Source: Spirochaetia bacterium
GTDB taxonomy: Bacteria > Spirochaetota > Spirochaetia > SZUA-6 > Bin103
DNA: 64,000 nt
NCBI GenBank assembly: GCA_965203905.1
Contig: CBDBDQ010000005.1
Span: forward strand, 1,184,001 to 1,248,000
Reading direction: 5' to 3'
Below, piece by piece: positions 8,951-19,949 of the stretch. Every line of letters begins with the position of its first letter. Within the stretch, counting starts at the first letter, position 1. The position numbers and the translations under genes are program-made. Below the pieces are notes generated by a model. It was not told where the DNA came from, did no database searches, and was given only the letters and a program-made list of their open reading frames with translations.

Positions 8951-10341
8951 GGCTGCTGCTCCTGGTCCTGTTGGTTGTCGTGCGGGTCGCGGTAGCCGCC
9001 GTCGGGGTCGACCAGCGGGCGGGTGTCGTTGGCGTAGGCGATGCCGGCCGCAGTGGCGGGGAGTTCCGCGCCGTCCTCGTCGGCGCTCGGTTGCGGCGCG
9101 CTGCCGGAGCCGCGCGGTGAGGTCGCGTTGGCGTGAGGATCCAGTTCGGCCAGCTCGATCATGCGCCCCTGATGCTGAACCCACAGCCGCCCGTCGAGTA
9201 CGTGGCGCGCCACCTCGACCCAACAGCGGGCGCTGCGGCGCGGCGCTTCCCACAACCGACCGTCGGCCTTGATGACGTGATCGTTGGAGACCTTGTGCAT
9301 GGCGCGCACCACGAAGCGGCGATACAGATCGGCTTCGTCGCTGGGAAAGCGCAACTCCCGTCCCTGCTCCCAGCGCTGGCGCGGGGTGTCCTTGCCGAGC
9401 GTCTCGTGCGGGGTGTCGTTGTAGCGGTTCAGAAAGTGGCGCAGGCGCAGCGTGAGTGCCTCGCAAGCGGGGTCCACGTCGGCGGCACCGTCGAAGGAAC
9501 GCAGCACCTGATCGTAAGCGGTGCGATGGAAGCGCTCGATGGCGCCGTGGCCCTCGGGATACCTGGTGGTGCCGTGAATCAGCAAGGTGCCCAGGCCGCC
9601 CTGGACCACGGCCAGGGTGTCCTTGGAGATGAAGCCCGGGCCTTTGTCCAGGTAGTACAGATCCGCAGTGCCATGGTGCATGACCACCTCGTAGAGGCCG
9701 CGCAGGAACAGCTCGCTGGACTCCGCGGTGCCCACCAGCACCTCCAGGCCGTAGCGGGTGGCATCGTCGAGGAAGAACAGCGCCACCCGCCGCCGCCGCG
9801 CCGCGCCGGCGCGGAAGTGCTTGCCGTCGGCAAGCACGCACTGCATGCGCTCGGCATAGCGCCAGCGCCGCGTGTCCGCTTCGTGTTTGTGCGGTCGCCG
9901 GCGCGTCGGCAGGCCCATCCGCCGACAGGCGCGCCACACGGTAGTGCGGTCGATCCTGGCGTCGACCGGGATGATGCCGCGCTCGCGCGCTCGGCGCACC
10001 AGTTCCGGTGTCGAGGCGCGCGCATCACGTTGCTTCTCGGTACGCAGAAAGGTGACCAGTTGCGGACTCAGTGCCAGTGAGGTGGTGGTCAGGGTGCGCT
10101 GCTGCGGCTCCAGCGCGGTGAGCTTGTCGCTCGCCCAGGCTGCGCGCCAGCGTTGCAGGGTACGCACGCTGATCCGCACCGGGCGACCGTCCAGGTCGAC
10201 ACGCGGTGCGCGGGCAACCTTGCGTACCGCGGCGCCCGCAGGACACCCGCGCAATACCAGGGCCTCCACCTCGGCGACCACCGAGTAGCGCAGCAACGCG
10301 GTGGCCGAGACCGCTAACGGGGGACGTGTTGGATCGTTCAT
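8947..10341 (-). CDS. DDE transposase (Mu/TnsB/rve integrase-core type)
   Basis: N-terminal HTH (ISVRTLQRW), catalytic-core motifs LADGK, LDDATR, YLDKGPGF, GAIERFHRT, YNDTPH. Confidence 0.92.
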   Translation of the reverse strand: MNDPTRPPLAVSATALLRYSVVAEVEALVLRGCPAGAAVRKVARAPRVDLDGRPVRISVRTLQRWRAAWASDKLTALEPQQRTLTTTSLALSPQLVTFLRTEKQRDARASTPELVRRARERGIIPVDARIDRTTVWRACRRMGLPTRRRPHKHEADTRRWRYAERMQCVLADGKHFRAGAARRRRVALFFLDDATRYGLEVLVGTAESSELFLRGLYEVVMHHGTADLYYLDKGPGFISKDTLAVVQGGLGTLLIHGTTRYPEGHGAIERFHRTAYDQVLRSFDGAADVDPACEALTLRLRHFLNRYNDTPHETLGKDTPRQRWEQGRELRFPSDEADLYRRFVVRAMHKVSNDHVIKADGRLWEAPRRSARCWVEVARHVLDGRLWVQHQGRMIELAELDPHANATSPRGSGSAPQPSADEDGAELPATAAGIAYANDTRPLVDPDGGYRDPHDNQQDQEQQP

Positions 10342-10370
10342 GCGCCTACCGTAGCGCCGTACGGGAGGAT

Positions 10371-11195
10371 TCAAATAAGCGCTTTCGTGGCCGGCGGTGC
10401 CCGTCCCCGAGGATGAGCGACAACCCCCTGTTCCCGCGCCTCGGAACGGTCAATCGCGGCCACTATCCAGCTCTTGCCGGTCTGCTCCCAACGCGCCACC
10501 AGCCGCGGACGCGGTGGCCCCCACAGGTCGCTGACCGCACCAGCCGCAGCCATGCGGTCACCCAGCGTCGCGCTGACCGCCAGCGCCAGCAGCACCGCCA
10601 TGATCGCTGCGCCGCGGCGCTGCCAACTGCGCCCCCAGCGCTGCGCCTCCGCGAGCACGGTCATGGTCGCCACTCCCAGCCGCGTCGCGATCTGCTCTCG
10701 CTGCCGCTGGTCCAACTCCGGGCTGACCCCGGTCAACCGACCGGCCAGCTCCAGGCGCCGTCCCTGGATACGCCGGCAGGGCGTACTCAACGCTTGCCAC
10801 CAATGCTGCTCAGCTGGCCACAGCTTCCCCTGCTTCGCATCCTGCGCGGCCCCGAACAGCGTCACCTGCCACTGCGGTCGTTTGCCGGTTGCGTCCAACA
10901 GCACGTCTCCGCCTGCGCTGTAGGGCACCACCGCCACGCGTCCGTAGGGGTAGTGTCCGGGCGGATACAGGGTGTAGCGCCGGCCCCCATGCACCCCGCA
11001 CCCCACCACCGCTAGCGGATAGCGGGGCCCGGTCTTGCGCTCGCGGTAATGATCGACGAAGATGGCACACGTCTGCTCCCCCGTGGCGTAGACACACCGC
11101 GACGGCAGCACGGCGCGCAAGGTTCCGTCCTGATCCGCCTGGTAGTTCGTCGTCGCGAACGGGAGCGCGTGTGCCTCGGTTGCACCCTCGGACAC
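10371..11195 (-). CDS. Transposon accessory protein of unknown function (Cys/His-containing)
   Basis: First ORF inside the IRs and co-oriented with transposase; C/H residues and YTLYPPGHYPY motif. Confidence 0.65.
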   Translation of the reverse strand: MSEGATEAHALPFATTNYQADQDGTLRAVLPSRCVYATGEQTCAIFVDHYRERKTGPRYPLAVVGCGVHGGRRYTLYPPGHYPYGRVAVVPYSAGGDVLLDATGKRPQWQVTLFGAAQDAKQGKLWPAEQHWWQALSTPCRRIQGRRLELAGRLTGVSPELDQRQREQIATRLGVATMTVLAEAQRWGRSWQRRGAAIMAVLLALAVSATLGDRMAAAGAVSDLWGPPRPRLVARWEQTGKSWIVAAIDRSEAREQGVVAHPRGRAPPATKALI

Positions 11196-11544
11196 TCGCT
11201 GCCTCTCGTGCCTCGGCGGGCGGTTGTCTTCCGCTCGCCGAGGCCGCCTAAAAGTGAAGCCCGCAGCATTTACCTGCTGCGGGCTTCACACTTTACGCCC
11301 CTGTCGCTCCTCCGCCTACGTCATCGTCACTGCAACCGGTACGCCCTCACCCCGCCCTTGGGCGCGCAACGCAATAGCGGTGTTGCGACCCGGAGAGTTC
11401 ATTCGACGAATCAGGAGTGATGCAACCCACAGGCATTCGCGGAGGCTCTCGCAGCCGTTGCCGACGCTCCGGCGGAGGTTGCGGACCTGATGAACGGCCG
11501 ATGGCGCCTTGCGCAGCGCGGCGCGCGAGACGCACTATAGGGGC

Positions 11545-13491
<1,947 letters not shown>

Positions 13492-13516
13492 CCTGGCAAC
13501 AGGCCACCCGCTGGAA

Positions 13517-13843
13517 CTAGGAGCCCAACTCGGTCAAGGCTTCTCGCACGAATCCGTCGGGCAGACTCGTCGCGGTGGAGTATCGGGCACGGCGCTGAAC
13601 GCCGTTGGCATTTACCAGGCACAATGCACCGCCTCGAGAATCACACAGGAGAATGACTGAGCCGCGCTCATTGGGCAGATCCAGGGCGATTTCACCATCC
13701 GCGGTCGGATAGACCTCGAAGCGCTGCGGAACGATCGCGTACATCTGAGTCAACAGACGTCTTGCACTCTGAATCGCGTCGTCGGTTGGCCTTGGGAATC
13801 CCTCCTCCGCAGCGTCCGTGACCGCCTCATCCAGATCGCTCAA
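13517..13843 (-). CDS. Hypothetical protein (~108 aa; TTG start overlapping upstream stop, possibly a fragment)
   Basis: Globular-looking C-terminal part of ORF 13517..14407 (FEVYPTADGEIALDL...). Confidence 0.45.
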   Translation of the reverse strand: MSDLDEAVTDAAEEGFPRPTDDAIQSARRLLTQMYAIVPQRFEVYPTADGEIALDLPNERGSVILLCDSRGGALCLVNANGVQRRARYSTATSLPDGFVREALTELGS

Positions 13844-14697
13844 TGTGGCGTGAGGCCGGGCGACCAGCGGTAGATCTTCGCGAGCGCACCGCCCATGAGT
13901 TCCGACCGCTCCGAATCGGAGAGCCGGTCGGTGACCCGGAACGCCTCGACGCCCTGCTCGTAGGTCAGCAGGTTCACCGCCCGGGTCCAGTCGGTGCCCC
14001 ACATGCAGCGAGCGAAGCCGAACGCGTCGAATATCCTGCCCAGCGGCTCCCAGATGTCCGGATAGGGGAATGGCCGATGGGACAAGGTGCAGGCTCCGGA
14101 GATCTTGATCGCCACGTGGTCGAGCTCCGCGAGCGAGAGCACGTTGTCCAGGTCGGCAAACGGGTCCGGTGGCGCGGGCGGTTCGAAGGGTTGCGCCAGG
14201 CCCACGTGGTCGACCACCAACCGGGTGTCGGGGTTGCGGCGGGCCAGCTCGCGGAACAGGGGCAGTTGGCCCGAGCACATGACATTCACGGGAACCCCGG
14301 CCCGGCCGCCGGCGGCGAGTATGCGATTGATCCCGGGGTGATCCGCCTGGTACGACCCGTAGGTGAGCATGATTCGGGCACCGACCACGCCCGGCGTAGC
14401 GGTCCACTGCGCCATCTCTTCGGCAATCGTCTCCGACTGCGGATCGAAGGGCCTGATCAGGCCGAAGCGGTGCGGGTGCCTGCGGTGGACTTCGATGGCG
14501 TAGCTGGCATCGTAGCGGTACATGGAATAGGGCGAGACCAGCAGCGCCCCGTCGACCCCGACCGCGTCCATCGCCGCCACCATGTCGTCGCCGGTCACTT
14601 CGGCGGGACCCGCGAGCGTCCCGTGCCAGGGACGCTCCGGACGGTCACGTTCGTAGGCATGTACCTGCGAGTCTATGGTGGGTATGCGAGTCGCCAT
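13840..14697 (-). CDS. Amidohydrolase_2 family metal-dependent hydrolase
   Basis: IDSQVH, VVDHVG, IKISG, MWGTDW; RBS ggaggag. Confidence 0.9.
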   Translation of the reverse strand: MATRIPTIDSQVHAYERDRPERPWHGTLAGPAEVTGDDMVAAMDAVGVDGALLVSPYSMYRYDASYAIEVHRRHPHRFGLIRPFDPQSETIAEEMAQWTATPGVVGARIMLTYGSYQADHPGINRILAAGGRAGVPVNVMCSGQLPLFRELARRNPDTRLVVDHVGLAQPFEPPAPPDPFADLDNVLSLAELDHVAIKISGACTLSHRPFPYPDIWEPLGRIFDAFGFARCMWGTDWTRAVNLLTYEQGVEAFRVTDRLSDSERSELMGGALAKIYRWSPGLTPH

Positions 14698-14815
14698 CGT
14701 CGTACTCCTCCGTCAGTGCACTTCGTGGTGTCGCCACGTAATCGCGAATACGCGGCGCCACGCGGGAATCATGTCGTCAATTCGCGAGCGAAACTGCGTC
14801 GTTTCTGGACGTGAA

Positions 14816-14857
14816 TTCGTGAGTTCGTCAACCGTACAGGCAACACGAACTCACGAA
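14816..14857. promoter_or_regulatory. Perfect 13-bp inverted repeat between divergent genes
   Basis: ttcgtgagttcgt-N16-acgaactcacgaa. Confidence 0.4.
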
Positions 14858-15023
14858 AAGCTCGCACGGTTCACGTATTCTTCGCTTGACCGGCCACCAA
14901 GCATGGTAACCTGATATGGCCCTTGGCAAGAGGGCGCCCTTTCTTTGGCCGTCGGGGTTCCCTATTCCCCCGGCGGCCTTTTCCTTCGCGCGCACGACGT
15001 TGTCACATCCTGGGGTGGACTAC

Positions 15024-16292
15024 ATGAGTCGGTCGGGCTGGCTGGTCAGCGCTCCCTACGATCTGTCATTCATCATTGGCTCCGCCGTGGTGCTCTTTGT
15101 CCCCCACGCCGTCCACCTGCTGTGGCCGAGCAACATCGTGGTCGACCTGGTGATCGCCGCGGCAATCGGCGGCCCGCACCTGTTCGCCACCTACACGCTC
15201 ACCTTCATGGAGCCCAACTTCCGGCGCCGCTACCCGCGCTACACCGCGGGCGCGCTGGCGCTGCCGCTGCTGGTGCTGGCCACCGCCATCGTGAACCTCG
15301 ACCTGCTGGTGACCGCGTTCTTCTTCCTGGCCGCCCTGCACGTGATCCACCAGGCCGGCTACGTTGCCGACAGCTACCGCGCCCGGCGCCCGGAGCCGGC
15401 CGCCGTCCAGGGCTGCTCGCGCCTCATAGACTACGGCCTGCTGCTGAGCAGCCTGTTCGTGCTGGCCACCTTCAAGTTCACCGGCGCGCCGCTGCGCATC
15501 TTCGGCACGGAGCTGAGCGAGCACCAGTTCGCCACCGGCGGCCGCCGCCTGCTGTTCCCCGCCTTCCTGCAGGCCGAAGTGCTGGCCTGGGCGCTGATGG
15601 CGGCGTTCCTGCTGTGCGCTGCCGCGTTCGCGGTCAAGTCGCTGCACGAGGCGGCGCGGGGGCGTCTCAACCTGCCCAAGACGCTGCACATGGTGCTGGC
15701 CGCCGGCCTGTTCTTCGTGACCCCGGCGCTGCAGAACCTGGACGTGGCGTTCCAGGGCCTCAACACCTGGCACTCGGTCCAGTACCTGGCGGTGGTGATC
15801 TTCCTCAACCGCCGTCGCCAGGCACAGGGCCTGATCGGCTCGCCCGTGGTGGCGCGATTCGCTACCCGTGGCCCAGGACTGTACGCCGTGGGGCTGGCCC
15901 TCACCGCCGCCTGCGGGCTGGTCTACCTGGCGCTGCGCGGGATCGTGCTACTGCTCGACGTCTGGCCCGACGACGCGCTGCAGCAGCACTACTTCGCCTT
16001 CTACGTCTCGGTGCTGTCGGCGCTGCTGATCCACTACTACTTCGACCACTTCCTGTTCCTGCGCATCGACGGGGTGATCACGCCGCGTGAGCAGCGCACG
16101 GCACACGCCGCGCAGGCACGCGGGCCGGGCCGGCCGGCCCACGCACCGCGCCGCTCACGGAGGCAGATTTCGACGGGGGCCCATGGGTCATCGCTCCGTT
16201 CTGACGAGTTCACCGGCCGGCTCCAGCATAGCGTCCAGATCAGTCACTCGGGAGGCGGTTTCGGGGCTCGCCAGAGCCGTTATCAAGCCTGA
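15024..16292 (+). CDS. Multi-pass membrane protein with conserved His motifs
   Basis: About 9-10 hydrophobic segments; GGPHLFATY, HVIHQ, WHSVQYL, HYYFD; tail after ~16090 is low complexity. Confidence 0.75.
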   Translation: MSRSGWLVSAPYDLSFIIGSAVVLFVPHAVHLLWPSNIVVDLVIAAAIGGPHLFATYTLTFMEPNFRRRYPRYTAGALALPLLVLATAIVNLDLLVTAFFFLAALHVIHQAGYVADSYRARRPEPAAVQGCSRLIDYGLLLSSLFVLATFKFTGAPLRIFGTELSEHQFATGGRRLLFPAFLQAEVLAWALMAAFLLCAAAFAVKSLHEAARGRLNLPKTLHMVLAAGLFFVTPALQNLDVAFQGLNTWHSVQYLAVVIFLNRRRQAQGLIGSPVVARFATRGPGLYAVGLALTAACGLVYLALRGIVLLLDVWPDDALQQHYFAFYVSVLSALLIHYYFDHFLFLRIDGVITPREQRTAHAAQARGPGRPAHAPRRSRRQISTGAHGSSLRSDEFTGRLQHSVQISHSGGGFGARQSRYQA

Positions 16293-17057
16293 GGGCCGCT
16301 CCCCGCCGGAGCCCAGGCGGCGTACGTCTATGAACGTGTAATCGAATCTGTTCCAGCCCTTGGTAAACGAGCGCGGCGTCCAGGCGGGGAGGCCGTTGTA
16401 GAGCAGTATCGGCATGATGAACGGGGGGTCTTCCTCAACGCTTCGACCGTTGCGCAGGCTTTCGGAAAGCATGGATGCGTAACGGCGAAGTCGTTGCGCT
16501 ACTCTCGGGTACGGGTACGCCATCACTTCGATCATAAGCACCGGCGTCCCCCAGCGGTGCCGCCGACCCGGCAGATAGTCCACGCTCCACGGCGAATCGC
16601 AGCGTATCTCCCGGAGATCCCCTTCCCAACCGACGCAATTGCCCGGCAGCTTCCGCAACGTCCCGACGTCGAGATTGTCCGCGATCTCCGCCGGCAGGAA
16701 TCGCAGCAGTGCCCGAATCGTCTCCTTGCGAATGAATGCGTAGCTGACCGCCGCCTGCGGATGCGGCCACTCGTCGGCGTCCTCGGGCTCGATACCAATC
16801 GAGTCGGCGGCACGGCAGTCGCCACAGATCCCCTGCCGCAAGTCAGCGCCGCGCTCCCAGCAGTAGTAACAGATCCCCAGACGCTGCCCCACTCCCGCGA
16901 GCGCTTCGCCGGGATTGCCGTCGTGGTATCGGGACAGCGCCAGGGCGGCCTGAACGAAGCTGAGCGTTCGTTCCTCGCCGACGTGCTTGAAGAACGACTC
17001 CGACTCAAGCCGGATCAGTACTTGGTTCATCAAGTAGCTGTTGAAGTGGTCGGACAT
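16188..17057 (-). CDS. Fusion of a small 4-Cys domain to a degenerate Rpn/YhgA-like nuclease domain
   Basis: N-terminus matches 17098-17352; C-terminus LD..TL.KL...D..W.V...IEV...RL.RY...PILLYNG..W resembles Rpn 61316-62260. Confidence 0.65.
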   Translation of the reverse strand: MSDHFNSYLMNQVLIRLESESFFKHVGEERTLSFVQAALALSRYHDGNPGEALAGVGQRLGICYYCWERGADLRQGICGDCRAADSIGIEPEDADEWPHPQAAVSYAFIRKETIRALLRFLPAEIADNLDVGTLRKLPGNCVGWEGDLREIRCDSPWSVDYLPGRRHRWGTPVLMIEVMAYPYPRVAQRLRRYASMLSESLRNGRSVEEDPPFIMPILLYNGLPAWTPRSFTKGWNRFDYTFIDVRRLGSGGERPSGLITALASPETASRVTDLDAMLEPAGELVRTER

Positions 17058-17097
17058 CACACAGCGTCCTCAGAGAACGCGCTTGCAGCAGGCCACG

Positions 17098-17352
17098 TTA
17101 CCAGTCTCGGCACGAGGAGCATACACCGTGACGGAGCTCGTCGTATTGCTGGAAGCAATGGTAACAGATGCCGAGACGTTCGCCGATGCCATCGAGGACT
17201 TCGCCGGGGTTGCCGTCGTGTTCGAGCGTAAGACGGCGGACATGGGAGAGGAACTCCGCGGTCCTCTCCGGCCCGATGTCGGAGAAGAAGGACTCCCGCT
17301 CAATCATGGTGAGCAGGCTGTTCAGCATGTAGCTGCCGCTGTGATTTGACAT
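17098..17352 (-). CDS. Small 4-Cys (putative Zn-binding) protein
   Basis: HDGNPGEVL..IGERLGICYHC...L.HGVCSSC; paralog of N-terminus of 16188-17057. Confidence 0.7.
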   Translation of the reverse strand: MSNHSGSYMLNSLLTMIERESFFSDIGPERTAEFLSHVRRLTLEHDGNPGEVLDGIGERLGICYHCFQQYDELRHGVCSSCRDW

Positions 17353-17358
17353 TGCGTC

Positions 17359-17571
17359 TTACCCTGGCGGATAGATGTTGGATTGACGAAACAGTCGATC
17401 CAGCTCCGGCAGCAGCCGCTCGGCCTGCTCGGGTTCCAGCTTCTGCGTTACCAGTTCCTTGACTTGCTCGGAGAGCAACCACATCAATTCGCTATCACTG
17501 GATGGGTAGTAATTACCCTTGTCGTCCAGTAGCTCCGGCGGGACTTTCTTCAGATAACTTTCTGGGGCCAT
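17359..17571 (-). CDS. Small hypothetical protein (70 aa)
   Basis: RBS ggagggagg upstream; 6-nt gap to next gene; operon-like. Confidence 0.6.
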   Translation of the reverse strand: MAPESYLKKVPPELLDDKGNYYPSSDSELMWLLSEQVKELVTQKLEPEQAERLLPELDRLFRQSNIYPPG

Positions 17572-17728
17572 TTGGATGTTCCTCCCTCCCGGGGCGGGTA
17601 CCGGCGCCCGCTGTGCACGGCCAACTGTGGTTTCTCGTGGTACCTTCGGTACCGCACTGACTGATCATACTCGAAAACATGCTCAGCGTCGGGTTGGTGC
17701 ATCAGGTGCGGCAGGATGGGATGAGCCC

Positions 17729-18297
17729 GTGGGCCGACGCAGACTGCCGATCGGCATACAGACCTTCCGCAAGCTGCGGGAGCAGAACTGCTACTACGTC
17801 GACAAGACGCCCTACGTCCAGCGCCTGCTCGACGAGGGCACCCACTACTTCCTCTCGCGGCCACGGCGGTTCGGCAAGGGCCTGTTCCTGGACACGCTGA
17901 AGGAACTGTTTACCGGCAGCGAGGAACTGTTCGCGGGGCTGTACATCCACGACCGGCACGACTGGTCGCAACGCCACCCGGTGGTGCGGCTGAGCTTCGG
18001 CAGCGCCAACTTCAAGGACCCGGAGCGCCTGGAGGAAGACGTTTCGCTGCAACTGGAGTACCTGGAGGAAGAAGCTGGTATTCCGCCGCGCGAGGTGAAC
18101 TCCGCCTTGCGTTTCCGCCGTCTGCTGCAGGCGCTGCACCGCAACTCCGGGCGCCGCCGGGCTCGGCGCTGGCGCAGTTGCGGGAGCGCGACTACGCGGC
18201 CAGGTACCGGGCCGGCGGCGAGCCGATCCACCTGATCGGCGTGGAGTTCAGCCGCGAGACCCGCAACGTCACGGCGTTCGAGGTAGCCGAGGGCTGA
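17729..18297 (+). pseudogene. Internally deleted AAA-ATPase + PD-(D/E)XK (DUF1703-type) gene
   Basis: RRLPIGIQTF...SRPRRFGKG N-terminus joined near 18155 to C-terminal ALAQLRERDYA...IHLIGVEFSRETRNVTAFEVAEG. Confidence 0.85.
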
Positions 18298-18605
18298 CCG
18301 CCGCAGGGACTGATCCGCTCGCCCCTGGTGGCGCGCATCGCCACCCGCGGCCCAGGCCGGTACGCCCATGGGCCTGGGGCCGGCCACGCGGTATAGTGCT
18401 GCTGCTCGACGCATGGCCCGGCGACGCGCTCCAGGTGCCGGTGCTCCGGCACCGGACCGGCTGCCCGTCTGTCGCCCGGGCCGCGCCCGTCGACCCGCCG
18501 CCGGCGCCGGCTCGGCGTTGAGCACGCCCACGGCGGCGCTGCGCCCGGTCTCGCCGGTGGCGTCCCGAGAGGCCGTGGGACGGATCGTCGCGTCCTACGA
18601 GCGGT

Positions 18606-19793
18606 CTATCGACCGGCCGCCTCCAGGCGTGCCAACTCGTCGTCGATCAGCTCCGCCAGGTGCTCGAACGGTACCGCCCCCGACAGAAAGCGCCCGTTGA
18701 CGAACAGCGCCGGTGTGCCGGAGACGCCGAGAGCCTCCCCGGCCCGATAGTCCTCGCGCACCGCTCCCGCGTGGCGGCCCTCGTCCAGACAGCGGTCGAA
18801 CTCCGCGCCGTCCAGGCCCAGACGGCGCGCCTTCTCCTTGAGATCCGCCACCTCCAACGCCTGCTGCTCCGCGAACATGAGGTCGTGCAGCTCCCAGAAC
18901 TTGCCCTGCTCCGCGGCGCACAGCGATGCCTCGGCAGCCTTCTGGGCGCGCGGGTGGATGGAGTACAGAGGGAAGTGGCGGTACACCAGCCGCAGCTTGC
19001 CCGCGTACTCCTTCTTGGCGCGCTCCAGGGTCGGCAGGAAGCGGGCGCAGAACGGGCACTCGAAGTCCGAGAATTCGACGATGGTCACGGCGGCGTCGGG
19101 CGGTCCGGTGGCGGGGAACCCGTCCACGGCCACCTCGAAGCGGAGCGGAGCGAGCCGATATTCGACCGCGAACCGCTGCTCCAGCGCCGTGAAGAACTCG
19201 CTGCGCGCGCGTTGCTGCGCCTGGCGTTCCAGGTACGCACGGATCTGACCGCTGGTCTGCTCCAGCGAGCCGCGAATGCGCGCCTTGTTGCGTTCGTAGA
19301 AGGTGTTGACGTCCTGCTCCCCGACCGGCTGCGCCGCCTCGTCGACGCGGGCCAGCAGCGCGGGCGCGGTGGTTGCGGTGCGCTCCGCTTCCCGCTCCAG
19401 CAGCCGTTGCCAGACCAGTTCGCGCAACGCCCCGTCGAGCGCTTCATGACGGCTGCGCGTGGCCTCGACCTGGCAGCGCAGCAGCGCGCTCTCGCTCTCC
19501 TCCAGGGCGAGCGCCGCCGCCACCAGGAGCTCGTTGTGCGACACCGACTCGTCGCCGATCACGGCCACCACGTCGTCGTTCCCCCACAGCAGGGGAGCGG
19601 CTGCCAGCAGCACAAGGAGGAGTGCCCAGCGCCGCGGCAACTTGCGGAAGCGAGCGCCGAGGGGCCGGCGTTCGCAGCCGCCGCTCGACGCACCAGGTGC
19701 ATGGAGCGGCGCCGGGGACTGAAAGACGGTATCCTGATGGCACATTGCGCCGGAACGTACTAGTTGCGCAGGCAGCGGGCAACCGCGCGGCAC
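18606..19793 (-). CDS. DsbA/thioredoxin-fold protein with helical N-terminal extension (start uncertain, probably later)
   Basis: EFSDFECPFC, YRHFPL, SGTPALFVNG; signal-like hydrophobic segment. Confidence 0.9.
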   Translation of the reverse strand: MPRGCPLPAQLVRSGAMCHQDTVFQSPAPLHAPGASSGGCERRPLGARFRKLPRRWALLLVLLAAAPLLWGNDDVVAVIGDESVSHNELLVAAALALEESESALLRCQVEATRSRHEALDGALRELVWQRLLEREAERTATTAPALLARVDEAAQPVGEQDVNTFYERNKARIRGSLEQTSGQIRAYLERQAQQRARSEFFTALEQRFAVEYRLAPLRFEVAVDGFPATGPPDAAVTIVEFSDFECPFCARFLPTLERAKKEYAGKLRLVYRHFPLYSIHPRAQKAAEASLCAAEQGKFWELHDLMFAEQQALEVADLKEKARRLGLDGAEFDRCLDEGRHAGAVREDYRAGEALGVSGTPALFVNGRFLSGAVPFEHLAELIDDELARLEAAGR

Positions 19794-19949
19794 CTTCGCA
19801 CCTTGTGCAAATCACGCACCGGGATCATCCCGCCGTCCGGCATCTCGGGTCAGACAACGGGCGCCACCACGCCTCGGGAGCAGGGTCGGTCTCCGCAGCG
19901 GCCCGCGTGGAATCCGTCCGCTGCGTCCGCCACGGGACCGCCGCTGCGC

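Larger units (their letters stand above)
7071..11376 (-). mobile_element. Complete four-gene DDE transposon (Mu/TnsB-like transposase + ExeA/TnsC-like ATPase + AAA_25 ATPase + accessory gene)
   Basis: Inverted repeats tgttgcgttgcgcgccc (7071-7087) and gggcgcgcaacgcaata (11360-11376), 16/17 match; 5-bp direct repeat gcggt at 7066-7070 and 11377-11381. Confidence 0.9.

Noticed and set aside
8951-9937. 596-aa version of the ExeA-like ATPase (ORF 8147..9937)
   Set aside because: The extension overlaps the transposase in another frame and is low complexity; the ATGA overlap at 8947-8950 gives the natural start
7071-11376. CRISPR-associated or Tn7-type targeted transposon
   Set aside because: No cas genes, array, TnsA or recognisable TniQ inside the inverted repeats
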